Shown here piece by piece: positions 53,306 through 64,000 of a stretch of DNA of 64,000 nucleotides. The translations under genes were made by a program, and so were the position numbers. Under the pieces are notes generated by a model. It was not told the origin of the DNA and did no database searches. It was given only the letters and a program-made list of their open reading frames with translations. Position 1 is the stretch's first letter. Each line of letters begins with the position of its first letter. The stretch is from Octopus sinensis (Eukaryota). The stretch is from the NCBI RefSeq assembly GCF_006345805.1, contig NC_043001.1:4030001-4094000 (forward strand), read 5' to 3'.

Positions 53306-56094
53306 ACCTCTCATGTTCACTTTCTCGTGTTTGGTCCCCTCTTCCTTGGCTCGCCAGTTCTCGGCTGCTTTTCGCTGCCGGCGTCAAGAAAAGAGATCAA
53401 TATTATCATTTCAAGGCGCGAAATTGCTTTGGTTCTTTGATCGATAGCTAATCCGTTTTAATTGATATATACAAAATTGTATGCGAATGTTTATGAATAT
53501 ACGCATATATAAATATCTGTCGCGATGTTAACCGCTACTGGATTAAAATCGCATTTGAATCCCTTCCAACATTAACATGCAGGCGTCAGTAGAAGCAAGT
53601 ATTTCACCTTGGACAATATACTCAGTTGAAAGTACAGGTAACATCTGATTATCGTTGTGTTCGAGTAGGACTTCTTTTGGGACATATAACCTCAACGAAA
53701 CATAACAGTTTGGACTGTACCATATGAGGCAGATGTACAACCGCTTTTTAAACTAACATACACTCATTTAATCCACCATTTTGTGAATACCGAACAGAAT
53801 CTAACCAATCAATGTAACTTCAATTTATGCTTAGTTGTATTTTATGACAATTTTTCAGTATTATAAACGACATTTCCACCCAATGGTTCTGCGCATTTAT
53901 TTAATAAAGTCATATCGCATTTTATGTGCTACTTGCGGCAAGCAAATTCTGTCATGTTCAGATTGCATTAAATCAATTTGACCGTTAACACAAAGATTTC
54001 TTGCAATCTTTGCCCCACTTCTTTGAGTCTTTTAGACATTTGTGTTATCACAAACACATCTTCCACTACAATATATGCATTCTTTGAATAACAACTTTAT
54101 CTTTATTTTCCGAAACCCATCGAAGCATAATCTTCAGCTCTTGGTTGTTAATTCTGTTTCTGCGAAATATTCCAATAATCTACAACGTTTCAGATTCTGG
54201 TTTTCTCTCACAGCATTATACGATTTGCCTCTAAAGAATGGTAATTATATTTTTTATAATTAACTATTAATAACAATCCAAATCATGCTCATGATGCAGC
54301 GATTCGTTAGTCAAGTAATTAACTAGAAATAGCAGCAGAATCTTTTCTAATTCATTTCTCGATTGCCTCGGTGCAAGAAACACGATTGGGAAACAATGAA
54401 GACACTTTTGGATTCTGAAGTATAATTGTAGGAAATCTCAAGGAAACAAGGAAAATTTGACGAAAAGAGAAAGAACCAACATAAGTAGTATCTGTGTAAT
54501 ATGAAGTTGTATATAAATGAAGGACAATTACTGATGCTACGAAGGATATTATTTAGTGTGTTCATATGTTTAAGAAATTTTACTCTCACAATATATATGT
54601 AGCACAAAAGAATATGGCATGGTTCTATTCATTCTTACGAAAAGTAAATATGTCTATGTGAAAACTTGGCGTATCCCTACTTTTGACATTCGTGTTTATT
54701 CTTATAATGATATATCTGTGGGATATCATGATGGAGAATGCGTATTTCATTATAATAACAAAATATTGCTGAAATATGACAAAGTTGTTTTGTGTTTCTC
54801 GTTGCTTTACGCAATTTCAACAGATTCAACTCTTAGGAAAATCTATTTCCTCCAAAGAACTATTTCAATATTCTGCTTCATATTCTATTGATTATAGTGA
54901 TGGAACAATGTAACAATGGTATCTCTGGTAAGGAACATTCGGATAAATATAATGAGGGCACTTTTCTACTTAAGATAACAAGTATGCACTTAAGACTGTT
55001 GAACGGAACTCCGATGCAGTGAAGTAAACCATTGTCTAAATTAATACTGGTTAGATATCAGCTGAGTCTTATATCAACATATTCCCGGTTATGGATTCTG
55101 GATTGTTGTTAGAAATATTACTAAAAGGGAAAGAATATGCTCTGTGACTTAGGGTAGAAAAACCAAATCAATGTGGAGATATCTTGTTTAGATTTCTGTT
55201 ATAAATGTAACTATGGTGATCATGTAATACTTAGCTATTTTATACCCAGCATAGAAAATACTAAATATCTTTTTGGTTAGAAAATCTGGGATCTAAAACA
55301 AGGGGAGCTTGAATTGTAATTTCTAATAGGTTCGCTCTCCGCGAAGATGTCTGCATATTGGATGAAGGGAAAACATGTCGGCTGAAAATAAGTGTTAAAG
55401 GGAGAGTGTATCGTTTTTCCTGAAATCTGAGCGGACATTTCTTGTACACACATACAAGTACCTAGCCATGCACGCAGTGAAATCTTTGTGCATATTGGTA
55501 TACACAACACCCATGCACACACACACAACGACAGAGGTACACATGATTGTCAATGCTACCCCATCCAGTGAACTCGCATACCTCTTTAGGAAAATCTTAA
55601 AGTACATCTATGGATTGAAGTAGTTGAAAGGCCAGGGACACCCATAAAATTCCTGATCTGTAGAACAGATTCATTCGAAAGGCCTCCATTGTAGAACATT
55701 TCCATTCAAAATGCCTCCATTTGCGGATAACAACTGTATAGTATGTAGGATGAATCCATAGGCTGACTGTAAGATTAGGAATGTTGTCTATAGCATGCAG
55801 TGTAGTGAGAGACGGTGCAGACTCAAGACAGCAGGTGGCATAGGGAAGCAGTTTTATGTACTTCAAGGAGGAGGGGGTAGAAAATGACCACCATGAATTA
55901 TAACAATATATCACACAGATATATGTAGCAAAAATCATCATGGGAGATGAAAAACAAGGGCCCCTCCCATAAATAGAATAATATTTATATGTGTGGGAGT
56001 GTGTGTGAGAGAGAGAGAGTGTGTGTATGTGTGTGTGTGCGTGTGCGTGTGTGTGTATTTGCAGCTTATACAGTACATTCAGGTATAGTTATCC

Positions 56095-56225
56095 CTTTTA
56101 CTAAAGGCACAAGGCCTGGACATCTGGCGAGAGGGGACTAGTGGAAATCCGTTTCTCACTGGTACTTAATTTATAGACCCCCGAAAGAGAAAATCGACCT
56201 TGGGGAAGTTAGAACACAGAACATG
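56095..56225 (-). mobile_element. CORE-type SINE fragment
   Basis: ggcacaaggcctgg...actggtacttaatttatagaccccc. Confidence 0.7.
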
Positions 56226-56288
56226 ATTCCATGAAAAATTTGAAAATTCTATTTCATTTTGAACTCGCTTTCTATATAACTATATCTT

Positions 56289-56678
56289 TAGAATGGCTGT
56301 ATACTGTCAATCTAACGTGAACGTGACAGTAGGGGGTTACACCACCGCTGTTTAGCCCTAGGAAGCATCGGGATAGATATCAACAGCTGGCGGGCGTCTG
56401 CTACTCTAGACCGATGATGGACAATGATCCTGAAACATGCGTGTCTCTAGATGCAGTTCTGGCTGCTAGGGGTGTTTGTCTCCCCTTCGTTATATGTATA
56501 TATGGACACAGGAAAAATGTGTCGAAACCATCAGGAGGCATCGATGCTTCCTAGGGCTAAACAGCGGTGGTGTAACCCCCTACTGTCACGTTCACGTTAG
56601 AATGACAGTATACAACCATTCTATCGCCCCACCACCGTACATATCTCTATGAGAGATTTAGAAATTTAATATTTCTGA
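56289..56678 (+). mobile_element. Fold-back element, 82-bp arms, hammerhead in spacer
   Basis: Arms 56289-56370 and 56542-56623 (2 mismatches); unique tail 56624-56678 shared with 62343-62395. Confidence 0.85.
56405..56451 (+). ncRNA. Minimal type I hammerhead ribozyme fold, CCGAUGA core
   Basis: UCUAGA-CCGAUGA-U-[GGA/UCC]-U-GAAA-[CA-UGCG-UG]-U-C-UCUAGA: perfect 6-bp stem I, 3-bp stem III, GUC triplet. Confidence 0.65.
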
Positions 56679-56830
56679 CTATATCTTTAGATATAACATT
56701 TAAATTTTAGCTTACGGACTTCATTTATCCTTTTATTGAAATATTTTACGTCATATGGTTTAGTTTTTGCTGATTTAGATTGTGAAAAGAAAAATGGAAA
56801 ATATAGATTTTGCACATTATTTAGAGAATT

Positions 56831-57167
56831 GACATTTGACGTATATTTTTCCTCGTCTTCTCTGTTGTTAACACAACGTTTCGGCTGATAAACCCTCCAG
56901 TCTTCATCAGGTTTCTTGGGGGAAATTTCGAACCTGGGTTCTCATTCCTAAAGTATTTTCGATGTTGTTGTTGTTGTTATCATTATTATTTTTTTTTTAG
57001 TTCATTGCCTGGAATCGAATTCGGAACCACTACACGATATATAAGATGGAGGTTATATCAGCCGAAACGTTGTGTTAACAACAAACAAGATGAGGACAAA
57101 TATCCTTGAAATGTAAATAATCTAAATAAAGTACATAATTCCTCATCTTTTAAATATAGAACTGTAT
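56831..57167 (-). mobile_element. Second copy of the tRNA-head/hammerhead SINE, with inverted tail copy
   Basis: Hammerhead 56915-56870 (GAAAC-CUGAUGA-A-GACUG/CAGCC-GAAA-CG-UU-GUGUU); internally deleted head remnant 57010-57040; + strand inverted copy 57048-57167. Confidence 0.8.
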
Positions 57168-58379
57168 AGATTTTGCCATTTTCTTAAAATGCCTCAACAC
57201 AGAAGAAACTGTTGCAAAAATGCTGCATTAATAATTGAATTGTTGATAAGATAAGGAAGCCTTCAAAATGAAGAATGTCCATTGAAAACATAAGACTCTT
57301 CCTGCAACATATCTGCGAAAAATACTCGGGAGTTAATGGAACAATACTTTGTTGACTTATGAAAAGCACGACATTATTACGATTATCAGAAATTAAAACG
57401 GCTTCACAAGTGGAAACTTTATGATCTTCAGAAACATAAATTGCTTTTATGAAATCTGTGTTACGTGAAGACAAGTAGGATATGTTGAGTAACAAGTGGC
57501 TTTCCTTGAGTTTGGATACTTGTAAAACACAATACACACTTAAGCGAGCGCAAGCTATGCTAAAGTGAGGTTGCATTTTTGTAGCCGGCTAATTGCTATC
57601 AATCCGTTTATACCTTGATGAAGAATCACAAAATAGATGCATTGTTCAAAAGATCGACCAAATACGAAAATGAAAGAGTATACGTCCAACAACGATCAAC
57701 CGAAAAAGACCAATTGTTTCAATAACAACGGCCTAAATGTCTCAGAAGTGAGATAATTTGAAAAGTAGGGTTTGCAAATCTCTAATTCACACTGTTTACT
57801 TCCAGGCATCTCTCAAAAATATTACCCACCGTTTTAGTTATCGAGCTAATAATCTGCAGAAGGAATGTCTTCGGAAAACGAGCAACTTTACAAATGCCTT
57901 TGACACAAGCTTTTTAAAATCATATTCAAATGGAATTAATCTTGCCAACAAAAGTAATTGTATTCTAATGGTTGTTATTCCGATTGATAAATACAATTCT
58001 AAAACATGCTGTTTTAAATATTATAGTTACAAAACCGCAACTAGCATGCAGCCCACGCGTATGAAGGCCTCCAAATATGTATGGATCTGTGCGTGCGTGG
58101 TGTGTGTTTGTGTGTGTGTTTGTGTGTGTGTGTTTGTGTGTGTGTGTGTTCGTATATCACCCCAGTGTATCCCCTCTTCTTGTATAATGAGCTTCTGTAA
58201 GTAAGTATCTCGAAGCAAAATGTTAGGTATTTTCCCAGCATAGAGCCATGTAAATGAAGTTTGTAGTTTGTCTTTCTTATATATGAAGCATATCATTACA
58301 CAAAAGCGAGAAATAAATAAATGTATGAGTTATGATGTAGTAAATGAAAGCCAGAACCGACAAGAAAAGAAATAATACA

Positions 58380-58910
58380 TTTTATAAATGTTTAATCCTA
58401 CAAGGGGAAGAGTGGCACAACAGGAGCGTGATTGGTCCATAGCCCAGGCGTCTGTAGGCTGAAACTATGCTCTGAGAAGAATCAGATATTGTTTGTGATA
58501 TTTCTACATCGGAACCGAACTGCGTACAAATAAGCCAACCGACAGGAAATTTATACCGGTTCGAAGAGTTACAGATTGAACGGAAACACGAAAACCCAAG
58601 TAATGTAGTAGACAGAACCAATGACTATAAAGGGACATTTCGCGTAATATAGTGGATAGGATAAAAACAAAACAATTGGTAAAAGGATAAGTTCCATTAC
58701 AAAGAATTGGCGACATTCTTCTTCACTCCGAGTTACTTTACAATATTTGTAGCCCAAGTGGCGTCACTCTTGTTTATGGTAAACAAATCTTGCATATTTC
58801 AAGCATATTACGCCAAAATGAATTGGTTATATATCGATAAGGAACACTTAGTTTCCTGGCGGTGTACATTACAAAATCACTAGATTGGCGACGGAGAGGG
58901 GATCAAAAGA
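58380..58910 (+). mobile_element. Possible LTR remnant with PBS-like ttggcgacg
   Basis: gattggcgacggag at ~58883 resembles a Gypsy PBS; no second LTR seen. Confidence 0.25.
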
Positions 58911-59403
58911 TAGATAGATGCACGCATAGAACTTTACATACGCATAGCACACAAATGTGGCACACTGTTTTCCAGTTATGGTGGATCAGTCACATACTTC
59001 TGTATCAGTAAGCTTTCCGTAAACTTATCTAGTACATAATTATTGCAGTTGTCATTTGTAAAAAAACCGACGCAGCCCAACAAATGCATTTTTCTTCATT
59101 AACTCGACCAGGCACTGCATCAGATCAGCCAACAATACTAAGTCACACATCTACAACATTGTCATAATGTACATAATTCCTCATCTCTTAAATATAGAAG
59201 TGAAAAGATCCGTTCTCACTAAGACTGTTACATGACAATAACATATCTGGTTAAACAATCAAACAGGTGATGCCTAAGCTCTGAATTTTAGTAATACAAG
59301 GAATTCGTCATATCATCAGATTATAGTTTCATTTTAATTCTTTAAAGTGCTTTCAAATACTTCGTTTTTTTCTTTTTTCGTTTTCGCCCTCACATGTACA
59401 TAT

Positions 59404-59637
59404 CTATTTCTTTACTACCCACAAGGGGCTAAACACAGAGGGGACAAACAAGGACAGACGAACTGGTTAAGTCGATTATATCGATCCCATTGCGTAACTG
59501 TTACTTAATTTATCGACCCCGAAAGGATGAAAGGCAAAGTGGACAACGGCGGAATTTGAACTCAGAACGTAACGGCAGACGAAATACGGCTACGCATTTC
59601 GCCCAGCGTGCTAACGGTTCTGACAGCTCGCCGCCTT
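59404..59637 (-). mobile_element. Young CORE-type SINE with 14-bp target-site duplication
   Basis: tcacatgtacatat at 59390-59403 and 59638-59651. Confidence 0.92.
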
Positions 59638-60687
59638 TCACATGTACATATATCGTCTACTTTTAACTTGTTTTCGTCGTTAAACTGCAGCCATGGATCT
59701 TTTTTCCAAAAGTACATGTATAACAGCTTTTGTTATTCATCCTGAAATCATCTAAGCGTCTCTTTTCAGTTTCATTTTACAGTAGTCCTTATCTAGTAAA
59801 ATTTATCCTTCCACTTCCATTCCATTCCTCCCTCTCTCCATAACTTTGCAGTTAATCAAGTATTCCACTAAATGATCTACTTAATCCTTATATTGACAGT
59901 CTAAGAATTATCTTCTTTATCACTGCCAGTGGAACTTGGGAGCGTCCTAGTCTTGATGTTTATAACAAAATTATGAAACCCTTCACAGCACGCTGTTCTT
60001 GAGAAGACCTCTCTCTCTCTCTGTTTCAAGAAAACTTTGCGCCACTGGATGAACAAACCGGTGCGCGAAACTAAATGTCCAATGTCCCATTTCATCTTCA
60101 CAATATGTATATATATATATATATATATTTATGTGTGTGTGTGTATGTGTGTGTGTGTGTTTGTCTCTGTGTCTGTTTTTACACTCATGTGTACAAATAC
60201 ATGCACAAACAAATCCAAACACACATACACCTATCTCTGGTACAAACAAATACGCAGAGATATTTTCTTCCACCTGAAAGTGACTTCGAATAATTTTTCG
60301 TCTGGGAAAATTTTAGAATAAAAAAAAATGACATCACGGTTAATTAATTTTCTATTTCGTTCAACTTCAAATTCATTATTTTTTGGCTCGCATGGGCAAT
60401 CTTTTAAAAAAGCAAATCATTAATATAGACTATATAACAGCTTCGTTTGAGAAGTTTCTGACAACAGAGATATTTCACTTTCTACAAAGATGTTATAGAA
60501 AAGAATTGACGTCCGAATTTCTTTTCACACTTCATGTTGTACACGGCAATTACAGGTATTCCGACTAAATTTCATAATGCTTTATGTTTCCTGTCTTTTC
60601 AGGAACACCTGGGTGTATAGGTGAATATTGACGGCATTGGAGAACATGAAGATTATATTAGCTGAGAAAAAGTGGAGGACGTGCTTA

Positions 60688-60813
60688 CGAACCACATGAT
60701 GCTGAGTTCAGTCCCGCTGCGTGGTACCTTGGGCAATGTCTTCTACTATAGCCACAGGCCAACCAAATCCTTGTGAGTAGATTTGGTAGATGGAAACTGA
60801 AAGAAGCCCGTCG

Positions 60814-60861
<48 letters not shown>

Positions 60862-61160
60862 GATCTATATATATATATAATATATATGTATATATATATA
60901 TATAATATATATATATATATTATATATATATATATATGTGTGTGTGTAAGTGTGTATGTATATGTTTGAGTGTCCATTTGTCCGCCCAACACCACTTGAC
61001 AACCGATGCTGGTGTTTATACGTCCCAATAACCTAGCGGATCGGCAAAAAGAGACCGAGAGAATAAGTACTAGTATTACAAAGAATAAGTCCTGGGGTCG
61101 ACTTGTTCGATTAAAGGCGCTGCTCCAGCATGGCCACAGTGAAATGATTGAAATAACTAA
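60688..61160 (+). mobile_element. Second-family SINE with expanded internal (TATC)n/(TA)n
   Basis: Same head, body and tail as 44111-44543. Confidence 0.9.
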
Positions 61161-61199
61161 AAGAGTAAAGAGTAAAGATTATATAACTGTACCTTGAGG

Positions 61200-61760
61200 A
61201 TTCGCGCAATGGCTCCTGTTCAATGCTCGGTAAACATTATAAACCATGGGAGATGTGACATAGACAACTGCAACAGAGTCAACAACATTTTGGTCAGCAA
61301 GAAAGATCTCAGTAGACGTTCTTATTGAGTCCGAACTCATCCAATTACTGACAGGAACTTAACCTCAATTCACATGGTGCTACGAAGCTGCTGGAGACTG
61401 GTCTAATCCTGACTGGAGAGTATTGTTTCCTGAAGGCCATACATGTGGCATCAGGATTTATCTACTTGCAATATCCTTAGAAAGAGCCACAAGCAGTTGC
61501 CAGAGAATTTCTACGATTTAAACCAGCGATTTCTTGTTTCCTAATTCCATTGGATATAATCCGATAAATTAATCTGTGCGAGGCACTACAGATGAAGGCA
61601 CCACTTGTTACGACTGAAAAACCTGGACTGAGATAGCAGCTAAGATCAAGGAGCTGCTTGAAGATCCTCTCATTGACATAGTGAGAGAAGCCTGGAGCAA
61701 TTTCAGGAGCAGTTCAAGGCCGTGGTGTAAATTGGTGGTAAGACTACTTTGAGTAGCTCG
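61200..61760 (+). pseudogene. Decayed RTE/RTEX-like LINE C-terminal fragment
   Basis: Remnants of ARKIS, VESxL, GxxTKLL, KLIxW and a 3' GTAAATTGGTGGT-like end. Confidence 0.5.
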
Positions 61761-62153
61761 TTATCGCCCAGCCAAAATCTAATTGACATTCGTTTTATAT
61801 TTTTTCTTTTATGTAAACAGTCAAATACAGCACGACCACCTTATAAATGCAAACCATTCTTTTTAAATTACTGAATAATTTAAATTAATGTGATGGCGAT
61901 ATTTAAGAATTGGTTCATATATTATTCCATTACCGTTGGAGTGATATCCTTTAATGTAAGTTGCATCCATTTTGTTTTATTCTGTACAGGTTATTCACAT
62001 TCTTTGATTATTGTTGCAGTTCATTCCCTTTCATTTATGAGTATTTACATTTGTGTCATCTATTATGATATTAAAATAATTAACAGTAGACATAAGAATC
62101 ATAGCTATTTATTCATGCGAAAATGTGAATTTAAGCTTTGTAATATATATATA

Positions 62154-62497
<344 letters not shown>

Positions 62498-62699
62498 ATA
62501 TATATATATATACATACATACATACACATAGACTCTCAGAACAAGACAGCATGGAACGATATTCCATCTATTTGTCCCTAGAATGCTTCTGTCTCGAACA
62601 GAGGTTTTCTAACGGCGTAGAATTCTTAGTTATAAAATTATTGATTGTATGACTCTGTATTTTCTATCTATCGCAAGCGAGGTTATGATACATTCACAC

Positions 62700-64000
62700 C
62701 ATAGATTGTCATCCCATACCAGTAAAAACAATCTATAATAAAGAACATTTAGTTTAGAATAACTAAATTATGTGCCAATGCGAATATTTTCAATCTCAAT
62801 GAAGACTACTATAACTTGGTACTTAGCAAAGCAGGATATAAGGATAAAATTAAGTTCAATAAGTCAAATAAAGATTCTGATTTAAATAGTAATTTTGATA
62901 CTGCAGATCTAAAATCTAGTGCAATAAATAAATATGGAAATTTAAAATCTAATACAGGCGTTGATAAAATAACCAGAGTACGTGCTTTTAATAGAGAAAA
63001 TAATCAAATGAACAATTATAATTCAAATAAAAGGAAACATTGTAGGATAGTTGTATTCGAGTTAAAAATTATCGTACTGCTAATAGAAATGAGGATGTAA
63101 TAGTCTCTAATTAAACATCATTTTTTTTAATAAAAAATCGAGTAAAACATTAAAATGTCAAAGAAACGCTAACATTAATATGGATCGAAATCAGAGAATA
63201 CTTTCCAAAACAGGTATGAACATCAAGATTATGATCTGAAATTGAGGTCTACTTAATGGTTAATTATTCCATTTGGTAAACAACGAAGTTATAATTTTTC
63301 CTAATTGTTTAATACAGCAATTCAAAAATATTTTCCTGTCAATCATAAATACGATAGAATTTTGAATAAGCGTGAGGTTCGCATGATAGTAACACATAAT
63401 CTTAAAATAATACTGAAATAGCAAAACAGATATTATAATCAAAGTGTGCATAACATCAAAACAAGAAAACGCTAAGAATTTAAATGTTGCTGTAGGGAGA
63501 CAACTTAATTAAACTTAGTTAACGGCCCATCAAATAACAGTACAGCTAGAATAGGAACAATGATAGCGTTTTCTACAGGAGTAAATAGTAATAAAGAACT
63601 TGGTAATAATGAATGATCAAATCAAAACTAAATCTGAGACAAATATAATATATATATAGTTGCAATTGTTCGAAACACGAACCCTTCTATGTGTAAATAA
63701 GTGTAAAAATAAAACTGTAATATATAGATGTAGCGTTACATCTGAGGGTGATGAATACGTTTACATCGGTGGGACATCATTCATTTTTAAGAGAAGATTA
63801 GTAAATTATTTGAGTTCATTTAGAAATAAACATAAAATATTCCCAACAAGTCCAAGCAAATTAATCTGGATTATTAAGGACAGAAGTAAAGACTATACTA
63901 TCAATTTGAAATTAATTTGTACTGCAAAATCATATGGAACTAAAAATGTGTCCTATGTTTCGAAGAATTTGACCAGAAATTTACATTGGAGACTAATGTA
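62700..64000 (+). pseudogene. Penelope element: RT C-terminus, linker and GIY-YIG endonuclease (runs off the window)
   Basis: HPYQ...FRITKLCANANIFNLNEDYYNLVLSKAGYKDKI, KRKHCRIVVF, FPVNHKYDRILNKREVR, YVYIGGTSFIFKRRLVNYLSSFRNK...SKLIWIIKD. Confidence 0.88.

Noticed and set aside
57184-57576. 130-aa minus-strand ORF as a host exon
   Set aside because: No recognisable domain or convincing splice sites; AT-rich ORFs of this length can arise by chance.

Overview
AT-rich, microsatellite-dense animal genomic DNA, most likely Octopus or a related coleoid cephalopod (inferred from the tRNA-derived SINE families and repeat landscape). No host protein-coding gene could be assembled, and most ORFs in the supplied track are microsatellite or repeat read-throughs. 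The window is a mosaic of decayed mobile elements: R4/Dong-type RLE LINEs, Penelope-like elements (PLEs), RTE LINE pieces, a deleted Gypsy element, two Tc1/mariner transposase pseudogenes, a Tc1 MITE, a Chapaev/Transib-like remnant, a Helentron-type element and many SINEs. The most interesting signal is a recurring architecture in several unrelated short families: fold-back elements (an inverted copy of the 3' tail placed at the 5' end) that carry minimal hammerhead ribozyme folds. Three families share a non-canonical CCGANGA core, and one family joins a tRNA-derived Pol III head to a hammerhead and a PLE-type tail. All folds were derived by eye and none was tested computationally.
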